The notes under the pieces: model-generated
Databases searched by the model: none
The model's input: the letters and a program-made list of their open reading frames with translations, nothing else
Told to the model about the DNA's origin: nothing
Program-made: the position numbers and the translations under genes
From: a virus
Taxonomy: Duplodnaviria; Caudoviricetes
Strand: one strand, 5' to 3'
DNA: 64,000 bases
IMG/VR virus record: IMGVR_UViG_3300021399_000003
Span: 64,001 to 128,000 of that record
Part shown: piece by piece, positions 17,371-27,250 of the stretch
Layout of the letters: every line of letters begins with the position of its first letter
Numbering within the stretch: the stretch's first letter is position 1

Positions 17371-19086
17371 TCAATCATTTATTCTATAATATTTTATCGG
17401 GACAAATTTTTCTTCCTCTAATTCTTGTAAAAATTTATTAATATTAGCATTAATTTTAGAAATATTATAAAATCGTTGTTTCATTTGAACTAAACAACTA
17501 TGATAACATAAAGACAAAGTTTTTGGAGCGATTTTCATATATTGACGATAATGATTAAAATAAAAGTTTTGAATTATATTCCACTCATCTTCAAGTAATT
17601 CCGGACGTTCATAAGCGATAGCAATAAAGAAGAAATATTCTTGTGCTAAAATATAATTATATTCATCAATTAAATTTTCTATTTCGACATTATTATTTTT
17701 AGCAATGTTTATTGCATGAAGTCCATTGATAATAATTCCTTTACTTAATTTAGTATAGAAAAATTCATTATTATTTTTTTTCGTTAAGGAATTTTTATTA
17801 ATGTGTTCATAGAGAACAGGAATTTTAATTAACTTTGTCATAGGCCAAAATCCATACTCTTCTAACTGATTTAAAATTATTCTACAAGCGCGGCTAAAGC
17901 CATAATCTTCATTAGCATATGATCCTTCTTTATTAAAATGAATATTATACATTTCAATAAAAGAACGTTTATATACAGTACCAATGGTTTTATCATCTTT
18001 ATAGTCAACTAAAATATTTTTATCATCATATACATACGACCAATCATACATTTTAATATAAGTATTTTGTTGAATTTGATTTAAAATAATATTTATACCA
18101 TTTTCATAAAAATAATCGCCTGTATCAACAAAAATAAAATAAGTTCCATTACTATGTTCAATACCAAACTGTCTTGCCATTCCAGGCCCTTGATTTTTTT
18201 TGAGTTGATATAACTGTATTAATGGATATTCATTAATAATATCAGTATAATCTAAATTAGAACAGTCATCAATAACTATTGTATTAATTTGATTATAATT
18301 TTTAAAATCTTTAGTAAAAATTGAATTTAATGTTCTTCTTAGTTCTTTTTTATTTTTATATGTAGGGATGATAATATCTAATACTATATTATCTTGCTTG
18401 TTTCGTTGAATTTTTTCAATCGGTAAATTTTTATAATAATTAAAATGAGGAAAATTTTTTAATTTATAAATGCCAGCAAAATGAGTAATTTTTTCATGTA
18501 TAGGCTCATTTGCTTGTATACAACAATTATAATCCGCAGGAAGAATTAAAACTTTTCCTCGTAATAATTCATTGAAACAATCTTGTTCTTTATATCTATA
18601 CCAATAAGTATTAACCGCATTAATTAATTCGTCATCTTTTTTATCTTCTCGCATTTTATGTAAATTTAACATTACTACACCCATATTAAAATAAGAACCT
18701 TCTTTTTCAGTCAGAACTCTTTCTTCAACTGCGGCTAGATAATAATTGGATAAATCAATTTCCCATAAATCAGATATATTTTCATTTACTATTGTATCCA
18801 TATCAATAGATAAAATTTTATCTAAATGTGGAAAAAATTTAGTATAGGCCGCGCGCAAAAGAACCATATAACTTAAAACATTATCATAATTAGGTCCTGT
18901 TGAAGGGAAATATTGCTGGTCACTAATATTTATACACTCTATTTCTGCTGGAAGTGAATAGGGAAAAATATCATCTTCTATAAGAAAATATATTTTTTCT
19001 ACATTTGAATGTTCGAGTAATGATTTAGCGGAGGTTAACATATTTTCGTATATATTATGCGTTCCACTATAGACAGCCGCGTTCAT
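17371..19086 (-). CDS. bifunctional glycosyltransferase GT8 + GT2
   Basis: DMDTIV, YFNMGV, EQD, HFAG (GT8); IIIPTY, IDDCS, GPGMARQFG (GT2). Confidence 0.85.
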   Translation of the reverse strand: MNAAVYSGTHNIYENMLTSAKSLLEHSNVEKIYFLIEDDIFPYSLPAEIECINISDQQYFPSTGPNYDNVLSYMVLLRAAYTKFFPHLDKILSIDMDTIVNENISDLWEIDLSNYYLAAVEERVLTEKEGSYFNMGVVMLNLHKMREDKKDDELINAVNTYWYRYKEQDCFNELLRGKVLILPADYNCCIQANEPIHEKITHFAGIYKLKNFPHFNYYKNLPIEKIQRNKQDNIVLDIIIPTYKNKKELRRTLNSIFTKDFKNYNQINTIVIDDCSNLDYTDIINEYPLIQLYQLKKNQGPGMARQFGIEHSNGTYFIFVDTGDYFYENGINIILNQIQQNTYIKMYDWSYVYDDKNILVDYKDDKTIGTVYKRSFIEMYNIHFNKEGSYANEDYGFSRACRIILNQLEEYGFWPMTKLIKIPVLYEHINKNSLTKKNNNEFFYTKLSKGIIINGLHAINIAKNNNVEIENLIDEYNYILAQEYFFFIAIAYERPELLEDEWNIIQNFYFNHYRQYMKIAPKTLSLCYHSCLVQMKQRFYNISKINANINKFLQELEEEKFVPIKYYRIND

Positions 19087-19098
19087 TTGGTTTCCTCC

Positions 19099-20046
19099 TT
19101 ATTCAACTGGGACATTTATATATTCCAAAACCTCACGCAAACCAAGTCCACCTTCATCCCAAGATCTCATACAATATTCCCAAATTTTTGGATGAGTTTC
19201 TTTTAATTGTTGAAAACGATTAGGACATTTTTCTCTATGGCACCCAAAACCACAGAAAATACATCCAGTGCGGTGAATACCAGTTGTGGTCCAATTTCCT
19301 TTTTTGTCCTTGACAATATCACCATACAATGAACAATATGGAATTTCAAATTTAGTTATATATTCAAAAATATCATTATCTGTCCAAAATGAAATAGGCT
19401 TACTAGTCGGCTTTTTACTATCAAATAAATTACATCCACTACGCATCCATTCATTACGACGAGCAATGGATTCACAGGCTAATGTTCCAAGAATTGGAAA
19501 GCGTCCAGTTTCTTTAGAATAATGGTGATTTGGTTGTTTTTTCATTACATCGCAGCAGTAATCACTAATTTTAAATGGAGCATCTACTAAGAAATTCCAT
19601 TTGCCATTACCAAAGCCAAAAATTTTACTGTCATATTCGCCACTAAGAAATTTAGCCCGAGCAGAATTAGGATTACGTTTAGCGGTAGCCACATATCCTG
19701 CTATTTTTTTACTAACAATAGGATAACCAAATTCTTCAATAACCTGCCTGAATGTTTTTTTAGGACGAATTACCTCTACATTTTCATGTGATTTTACAAA
19801 TTGCTTAACTTCAGGATATTCTAAACCGGTATCAATAAAAACAGCAGGACAATTAGGCCATACTCGCCGCACTAAATCAAGTAACACGGTGCTATCTTTT
19901 CCGCCACTAAAAGCTACAAATATTTTATCTTCACCTAATTTAAGTCCATACTCAAGTATACGGGTTTGAGAAACTTGAATTTTACGTTCTAATGGCCATT
20001 GTTGCATTTCTTTTAAATCAGTAGCAGTATACTTATTTTCTGCCAT
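19099..20046 (-). CDS. PAPS reductase-family protein
   Basis: FSGGKDS PP-loop, DTGLEY, CCDVMKK, RTGCIFC. Confidence 0.85.
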   Translation of the reverse strand: MAENKYTATDLKEMQQWPLERKIQVSQTRILEYGLKLGEDKIFVAFSGGKDSTVLLDLVRRVWPNCPAVFIDTGLEYPEVKQFVKSHENVEVIRPKKTFRQVIEEFGYPIVSKKIAGYVATAKRNPNSARAKFLSGEYDSKIFGFGNGKWNFLVDAPFKISDYCCDVMKKQPNHHYSKETGRFPILGTLACESIARRNEWMRSGCNLFDSKKPTSKPISFWTDNDIFEYITKFEIPYCSLYGDIVKDKKGNWTTTGIHRTGCIFCGFGCHREKCPNRFQQLKETHPKIWEYCMRSWDEGGLGLREVLEYINVPVE

Positions 20047-20187
20047 AATTATACACCTCGCTTTATTTATAATAGGCCTGGGCCTACCTTTATACATAAT
20101 TATAACAGAAAATAAAGAAAAAGTCAAGTATTTACTTGACTTTTCTTTAAGAAGGCCGTTTGAATATTAAGCTTTAGAAATAATGAA

Positions 20188-20258
20188 TACTGCGTAGGGG
20201 AATTGAACCCCTCTGTCGAGATTGAAAGCCTCGTGTCTTACCACTGGACTAACGCAGC
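20188..20258 (-). tRNA. tRNA-Glu(TTC)
   Basis: CGAGG-CTTTCAA-TCTCG; AGGGG-TTCAATT-CCCCT. Confidence 0.85.
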
Positions 20259-20323
20259 ATATTGCGGCTTTAAGCCAGCCGCACGGCTGATTCGATTATG
20301 GCGATTTATAATGTTTATAAATA

Positions 20324-20965
20324 TTATGTGCTATTTTTATCGTATATCATATATTCCCATTTATATCCGCCAGTAGTCTTACGTTTTCCATTACATACTT
20401 CTTGAATATGATTACTGCGGCAACCAATAGCTTCTGCTGCCTCTCGTGCCGAAGAATACACTTTAATTAATGTACCATCTTTTAATAACTGTTTAACAGG
20501 TTTACTATACAAATGTTGCATAGTTTGATAACCTCTTAATATCCGTTCTTGTGATGGAATATCTTTTAAAGCTTGAGATACTGTTGTATCACAATATCCA
20601 GTAATTTCTTTAATAGATTTTTTACTATATCCCTCATTCCATAAATTAATAATTAATTCATAGCTGGCATAAGGTTTTCCATCGCCGCCAATAGTAGCAT
20701 TATAACCATTAGAAAATGAATTATAACTTTCAATCCAAAAACGTTCTTTTTCATCTAGTTCTTCCAAAGTGCATTCTTCTACTATTTCAATATGAAAATT
20801 TTCAATTCCATATTTATTCATGGCAGAATATAATGGACGATGTTCTTTTGATGACCGTTTTGCGTCTTTACAATGTTCTTTCCAACGACGTTCAATAGTA
20901 AAAGCAGTTTTGCCAATATAAATTTTTCCATTAATATCATTAATAATTTTATAAATGTATGGCAT
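20324..20965 (-). CDS. GIY-YIG homing endonuclease with NUMOD1-like C-terminus
   Basis: YIYKI..YIGKT, RWKEH, GYN..GG, GGYKWEY. Confidence 0.87.
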   Translation of the reverse strand: MPYIYKIINDINGKIYIGKTAFTIERRWKEHCKDAKRSSKEHRPLYSAMNKYGIENFHIEIVEECTLEELDEKERFWIESYNSFSNGYNATIGGDGKPYASYELIINLWNEGYSKKSIKEITGYCDTTVSQALKDIPSQERILRGYQTMQHLYSKPVKQLLKDGTLIKVYSSAREAAEAIGCRSNHIQEVCNGKRKTTGGYKWEYMIYDKNST

Positions 20966-21488
20966 AGTTAAATACCTCCTATTTATAATAGGACTAAAGT
21001 GGTTTGATTATAAAGTATAGTTTACTAAGTTCATAGATAAACACTTCTCCCAATCCACTTGAGTCCTGAAAATTCAGGAAATTTTAAAATCTGTGTCTAC
21101 GGACACTTCCTCCCGAATCAATAACATTTGATAACCCAGCTGCCTACTGGGGAGCCAGGGTAACTTTGCTACAGGTGCACCGGTATTACCGCTCATGTCG
21201 CTCCTAACGACTTAATTACATAAATCAACCGGTTGTTTTAAATGAAGTGTCTTCTATCATAGGTCATGACTTCTATGGCAGTTATTACTTCATTTAATAT
21301 GCTGTATTTAATTGGTTTTTCCTATTTATATAGCGCCGATAAGACCATTTGGAGTAACAGTTTGCTCTCCTTTTGCGCTCTAACTTATATTGCACCCTCT
21401 GCTTCACAGGAATCGAACCCGATATAAGTTAGAAACTTATCTTTTAGATAAGATTAAGTTTTTCACAGATAAAACTTTAAAAACTGGC

Positions 21489-21561
21489 TGGTTGCAGGGG
21501 TGGTTGCTGCCACCACGGAGTCTGGTTTATGAGGCCAGATTGAATACTGATTCTCCCTGCA
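21489..21561 (-). tRNA. tRNA-Met(CAT)-like, non-canonical D and T loops
   Basis: TGCAGGG/CCCTGCA-ACCA; CTCATAA loop; T loop GGCAGCA. Confidence 0.65.
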
Positions 21562-22042
21562 TTATTTGGTGAGTTCCCTCACCTTGTATAATAATTATAT
21601 CAAAATTTTTAATAAAAGTCAAGTATTTTCTTCAGCTAAAATGTCCTTAATTTCCTCATCACACATACAATCTTCACATTCATATACTTTTACGGTATTT
21701 ACATTAGTTTTTCCGTAGTAGTCAACTATTCTATCTACCGCAGCGCCTAACGTTGTTCCTATAGTAAATCCGCCCTCTGTATGACAAGTTTTATCAATTT
21801 CATCCCAAAATTCAATTATATAACGCACTATCATAATATTTTCTCCCATATAGTATAAATACTATTATCGTCATATTGATTATTAGAAAATTGTTTAATC
21901 AGATCAATTGAAGTCATATGTAAAAGTCCATCTGAAGTTTTCCATGAAACCATTTTATTCTGCATTTTATTCTTATCTGCGGCGATAAGAATAATAAAAT
22001 CTTTAATTGTTATTTTTTCTAGTCCGCGTACTTTATTCCATC

Positions 22043-22693
22043 TCATACAAACTCTTTCATATCTTCCCATTTAATTTTTACAATTATACGTTCGCCGCGA
22101 CGATTGCGCAATTCAATAGCAGGTCTACATACTACTCCTTCCATTTCACGTTCCTCTTCCGCGATTACAGAATTAGGATGGGTCTTTACATATTCTTCTG
22201 CTGCGTATAAGGAACCAGTGCCTACAATAGGCACAGCCTTAATTCCGAACATTTTTGCAGTTGTTTCTACCCATTCGCGCTCCTGATAGTTATCGCCAAT
22301 AAGCACATCAAAGAGAATAAAATCTACACCGTTGGGAATATACTTTCCACCGCCCTTCTGAATCTTGCGGCCATAACCTTCACCGAAAAGAATAACTTCC
22401 TTTTCGCCAAAAACCTGTTCAAAAATCTGAGCATTAACCTCACCGCCGAACAACTCATTCAAACGAGTAACAAGTTCTGCGGGAATAGCAGCATTATCGG
22501 TGCGACCACCAAAGGTAACAGTATGGCCATCCCAACATACGCGAATGTTAGTGCCATCAACCTTCTCAGTCCAAATCCAGCAATTATCGCTGAGATATTC
22601 TATAGTTGGGTCACGAAATACTCCCGGAAGTAGCTTTTTAGTTCCAGTTGTGTCTCTTTGATAGAGAGTATCAATCTTTTCATACTTTCTCAT
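22043..22693 (-). CDS. ATP-dependent RNA ligase (Rnl2-like)
   Basis: TEKVDGTN motif I, FGEGYG, FDV, EGVV, KIK. Confidence 0.82.
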   Translation of the reverse strand: MRKYEKIDTLYQRDTTGTKKLLPGVFRDPTIEYLSDNCWIWTEKVDGTNIRVCWDGHTVTFGGRTDNAAIPAELVTRLNELFGGEVNAQIFEQVFGEKEVILFGEGYGRKIQKGGGKYIPNGVDFILFDVLIGDNYQEREWVETTAKMFGIKAVPIVGTGSLYAAEEYVKTHPNSVIAEEEREMEGVVCRPAIELRNRRGERIIVKIKWEDMKEFV

Positions 22694-22755
22694 GTGTTTT
22701 GTTCCTTTCTACTTACTATAATAATTATAGCAAAAATTATATAGAAAGTCAAATA

Positions 22756-23109
22756 TTAAATTTCCTTATATCCATAATGAGTAAGAAGTTGCCGCATATT
22801 TGCGACACCAACAGGATTCATGCTATGGATATGAAAACCTACAAGTGGAATTTGATTTTCTACAATATATTTACAAATATCATAACCTGATTTAGCAAGA
22901 GTGTCATCTATTTCATGCCCTTCACCCAAATCATGGTCAAGGTCAATAATTATATTATAAAACTCCTCATTATAATAGTTTAGAAAGAAAATTGCTTCTT
23001 CTACGCTACGGCAAGTAATAGGAATCCATTCCATATGGGTATAGTTACCCAACGTCTTGAAGAAAGTATCATCTTCACGAATATCATCTACATAGATATA
23101 AATATTCAT
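22756..23109 (-). CDS. cyclic-phosphate-processing receiver-domain protein
   Basis: YVDDIR, DLDHDLG, SGYD, IHSMNPVG. Confidence 0.75.
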   Translation of the reverse strand: MNIYIYVDDIREDDTFFKTLGNYTHMEWIPITCRSVEEAIFFLNYYNEEFYNIIIDLDHDLGEGHEIDDTLAKSGYDICKYIVENQIPLVGFHIHSMNPVGVANMRQLLTHYGYKEI

Positions 23110-23179
23110 ATCTCTCACCCTTTCTATAATTATTATACTATAATTTCTATATTTAGTCAAGAAAAAAGAAGATGAACTT

Positions 23180-23965
23180 TCATTCATCTTCTTCTTTCAC
23201 TAAATATTCATCACTAAATAACATTTCAAGAGTAATATTATCGCGTTCCCAGTATGGAATGCGAACGAGAGGAATGTTGTGGGAAAGGGCGTATTGATTT
23301 TTTTCTTTATCGCGTTGCTGCTGCTCTTTTAATCCATTTCGTGCCTGCCATTTGCCCCATGTTTCTTGATAATGTTGAATACCATCAAATTCAATTAAAC
23401 GGATTAATTCATTATTTTTATTATATATTCCAAAGTCATACCAATAAGGATGTTTATTTTTTCCTAGCAAATTATCAAATCGTACTTCAGGTTTAAAATT
23501 GATATTATTTTCTTTTAAAATTTTTGTTATATTAACTGCTCCAACTGATTTTTCTCTTTTTATACACCCACAAGAAATCGTATGTAAACTACGTAAATTA
23601 TTAGCATCTACATCGCATTCATTTCCGCAAGCACATTTACAATGCCATATGGCATTTTGACTTATGTTACTTCCAGTTTTATAAAGAGCAGTTAAATATC
23701 CAAATGTTTGACCAGTAATATCTTTAGTTAATTTATCACCTATAATTTTACTTTTCATACATCCACAACTGGTATCTCTTTGTAAATTACGAAAATTCTT
23801 TACACAATAATTTCCGCAATGTTTACATAAACAATTCCAAAAGGTATGAGTACCTTTGTTGGGAGCTCGTCCTATTATTTTAAAATTCTCATCTTCATAT
23901 CCAGTTCTATCTTTAAGTGTATTACCTGCTACACCATTAAACCACTGTAATTCTTCATATAACAT
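23180..23965 (-). CDS. putative homing endonuclease (Cys-rich repeats + Vsr/DUF559-like nuclease)
   Basis: CxC.CG/SCGC repeats, YDF, IEFDGIQH, RD..K, RIPYW. Confidence 0.7.
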   Translation of the reverse strand: MLYEELQWFNGVAGNTLKDRTGYEDENFKIIGRAPNKGTHTFWNCLCKHCGNYCVKNFRNLQRDTSCGCMKSKIIGDKLTKDITGQTFGYLTALYKTGSNISQNAIWHCKCACGNECDVDANNLRSLHTISCGCIKREKSVGAVNITKILKENNINFKPEVRFDNLLGKNKHPYWYDFGIYNKNNELIRLIEFDGIQHYQETWGKWQARNGLKEQQQRDKEKNQYALSHNIPLVRIPYWERDNITLEMLFSDEYLVKEEDE

Positions 23966-23989
23966 AACATCACCTAAAAGAGCCCGTTC

Positions 23990-25522
23990 TTAATGAATGG
24001 GCTCATATCTCTTACTGTTCAGCTTTTCATACATCATGTCCTCAGCCTTCTTGCCAGACATAATCATTTCAAAGATTACAGGAGAGCAACCAGAAACAGT
24101 AGTTACGTCAGGGCCAACGTCCAAAACTGTATTATTACGTGCGTTTACATTCCAAAAAACAAGAGAAGGCATCTTGTATCCAGAATGGCTCCACTTATCA
24201 CGCATCTTATCCATAAAGGTTTGTACCTGATTGGCACTGTAGCCATTATTTCTATTCCAAGAGGAATATCCCTGTGCGGAATCAATTTCTTGGTCACTGA
24301 TAATGACAATGGTTTCAGGCATATCTGCCTGACGCAGATGATTCCGAACAGCAGTATTCAGCACAAGGTCAAATACAGACTGTAGATTGGTGTTTTCGCA
24401 AAGATTCGTCTTTACGATACGGTCAACCTTGTCGCAGAAGTCCACGCCGCGAGTCTCAACAAACTTCGCCGTGCGGCTGAAGCTGATGTAAGAGTTTGCG
24501 AAAGGTCCCTTATTACGCTCTGCGGCATAAAGAGCAAGAGAGACTGCGACATCAATAGGAGCAACGCTACCAGCACCACTCGTCATACTTCCGCTTGTAT
24601 CGGCGACAACAAGGGCATTCAGGGACATGCCATGGAAGTAATCAGTTAGATTCTCCCAATACTTGTTAATCATCAGGCGGTCGGTATTGTCAAGGGCAAT
24701 ATTACTGCCACGGCCATACCAGCTATAGTCCGAACCCATAAGCTTAATGGCCTTAGCAACCACATCATAAGGATATAGTGCGGCTGCATTAACCTTGGTA
24801 GAGGTATCCTTGGCAAACGCTTCATACTTCGCCTTGATTAGATCACGACGAGCAAAAGCGTTCTTATAAATCAGGCCAGCACGAGAAGGAATCTTGTCAA
24901 ATTCAATCTCATTCCAGCGATTTGTGGACATAAGGCGCTCCAGTACACGAATACGCTCACGAAGGTTAGAAAGCAGTACACGATACTGACGAGAGGTTAG
25001 ACCCATAGTATGGGCAGTTAGACGTCCATAACGCTTAGTCTTGGCAGAAGAAGCGTTCTCGGAAGCTGCCCACTTACCAGCAAGGGAAATAGCACCCTTG
25101 GTCTTGTAGTCAAGGGCAAGCTGCTTACCAAGAGCATATAGAGCCTCATGCTCACAGGAAGTCCCTACGAGAGCATATAGGTCGTCCCAGCGGCCATACT
25201 CAGCAATCTGGTCAAGATTGCGAAGTACAGCATCACGATCTACATCAGCAAGCCAATGTAGGCATACACGGAAAAATCTTCTTTCCCCTTGGCCGCCGCG
25301 CACGTCCCGCTCGTAGAATAGGCACTTTAGGGCATATACAGGGTTCTCCTGATAGGCTTCCTTAAAAAGCAGAATACAATCACTTTCGGTGCGCTGACGA
25401 TAAGCTGCGCCGAAAGAGAAGAGGTCATATAGCTTAGAGCTAGTAGTGGTTCGCGCAACAGCATGATTTTCGGTATACTTATAAGTATTTTGAGAAGCCA
25501 TAGCATTGTAAAGACGATTCAT
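23990..25522 (-). CDS. DUF2828 / Ro60(TROVE)-like protein with vWA domain
   Basis: RDVRGGQGER, YGRWDDL, MIDAS DTSGSM, ISDQE, FWNV. Confidence 0.8.
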   Translation of the reverse strand: MNRLYNAMASQNTYKYTENHAVARTTTSSKLYDLFSFGAAYRQRTESDCILLFKEAYQENPVYALKCLFYERDVRGGQGERRFFRVCLHWLADVDRDAVLRNLDQIAEYGRWDDLYALVGTSCEHEALYALGKQLALDYKTKGAISLAGKWAASENASSAKTKRYGRLTAHTMGLTSRQYRVLLSNLRERIRVLERLMSTNRWNEIEFDKIPSRAGLIYKNAFARRDLIKAKYEAFAKDTSTKVNAAALYPYDVVAKAIKLMGSDYSWYGRGSNIALDNTDRLMINKYWENLTDYFHGMSLNALVVADTSGSMTSGAGSVAPIDVAVSLALYAAERNKGPFANSYISFSRTAKFVETRGVDFCDKVDRIVKTNLCENTNLQSVFDLVLNTAVRNHLRQADMPETIVIISDQEIDSAQGYSSWNRNNGYSANQVQTFMDKMRDKWSHSGYKMPSLVFWNVNARNNTVLDVGPDVTTVSGCSPVIFEMIMSGKKAEDMMYEKLNSKRYEPIH

Positions 25523-26142
25523 ATTTTATTTCTCCTTTTCATTTGGTCAGCCCTGGACTAGGGCTCGTTTCTTTCTTACAATATTATTATAGCAGAATTT
25601 TTAGTAAAAGTCAAATAATTTTTCTTAAATGAAATCGCCAAATTTTTCTCTTTTGCTTTATTTCATTACGCTTGGATTTTTCAGTAAGATGAAAAAATTG
25701 AGCTTGCAATTCATTGAATTCTTGCAGCAACTCAGTATGCGCTTGCTGTAATTCATTAAATTTTTCTTTATATTCTAATCCAAACATTTATTGCTCCTTT
25801 GGTCCAATATAGGTATCCCAAATATATTGTAAAACTTTTTGCTCCGCTCCCTTACAGCCATAATTCATACGATAAATGACATCTACTGGTGCTTTTCCAA
25901 AGAAAACGCGATAAGCATAATTGTATACGTCTTTCATCGCATCATATAAATTATCATCTTGAATAAACATAATTACTCCTTAGTAAGTTGTGTGGGAGAA
26001 ATTGAAAACATTTCATGCGTTCTCGTGTCCTCTACATAACAAATCATTCCTTTTTCAGTTAAATTAATATCTAATATTTTTCCGCCCTTCATGAATCCGT
26101 CATACCAAAATTTAATTGAATCAAACTTTTTAATATCTTCCA

Positions 26143-26604
26143 TTATTCATGTTCCTCCATAATTTTAGCGGTGTTTATTAAAATTTGAGTCAATTGATTA
26201 CTAATGCCAAAACGTTTGGCATTAATTTCTATACTTTTAAGTAAATTACCCGACTGTTGTCGTTCAGCAGATGCTTTCCAATCAGCCATCATTTCAATTA
26301 AATCTAACAAAGACATGTCATTTATGCCTTCTTTCCAATGCTGTGGATGGTGTTTATTTACGGCATAATGATGGTCAAGTGCTGGTTTAAGTGCCTCTAA
26401 TTCTTTTTTATATTCTTCTGAGCCATATTCAATTTTATTCAAATTTTCTGTATGTTCTGCGAATAATTCTACTTCAGGAGAGACTAATTTACTAGCATCA
26501 TGTTCTACACCACGAGTAGTTAATCTATCAGTAAAAAAGCGGATATACTTACGCACTTTTTCTATGTGCTTTTGAGTTTCCACTCTACATTCGTCAAGTG
26601 TCAT
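26143..26604 (-). CDS. HD-like (DUF5662-type) protein
   Basis: HDASK, HHY..NKHHPQHW, EMMADW. Confidence 0.7.
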   Translation of the reverse strand: MTLDECRVETQKHIEKVRKYIRFFTDRLTTRGVEHDASKLVSPEVELFAEHTENLNKIEYGSEEYKKELEALKPALDHHYAVNKHHPQHWKEGINDMSLLDLIEMMADWKASAERQQSGNLLKSIEINAKRFGISNQLTQILINTAKIMEEHE

Positions 26605-26861
26605 TGTTCTTTACCTCCGAAAGGATAAAAGCCTTGAAAGCATTATATCTTATGAACCAATAGTCATTTATACTATTATAGAAAGATACTCCTTCTTTCT
26701 TTTCTTCAAAATTATGAATATTTTCAAAAGTTTCTCGATTGTTATCAGTGTTAATAAAAATAACGTTCATAAAATGCTCCTTTTCTTTTATATAATAATT
26801 ATACTATAATTTCTACTAGAAGTCAAATAGAAAAAACGCACGGTTTCCCGTGCATTTTGAA

Positions 26862-26931
26862 AGCGTCCGGTCAGTGCTGCCCTGACTATCAAGCGGGTTA
26901 CAGCCGCCGTTTGCTGATTCGGTACGGACGC
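26862..26931 (-). tRNA. tRNA-Tyr(GTA)-like, non-canonical
   Basis: GCGTCCG/CGGACGC; GGCGG-CTGTAAC-CCGCT; T loop GGCAGCA; no long variable arm. Confidence 0.6.
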
Positions 26932-27250
26932 ATTATTTTGTCACTTCAATTATTGTACATAGACACATTAAAAGGCAACCTGCTAAATTAATGCCACGCA
27001 CCCATGTAGCATTATCTTTAAAAGTATAAAAACAAAAAAGATTTAAAGCCGCTATAAAAGCATAAAATAGTTTCATCGTCCACTAAAATCCTCCAAAAAA
27101 GTCATAAAAGACATCATCCACGCGGAACCATACACTACCCAAAATTGCCAAGTTTTGATATTGAAACCAATATTAAACATTACTACTATAAGAATGGTGC
27201 CAAAAATAATGCGACCAAATTTGTATTTGTTCATTATGTTCTCCTTTGAA

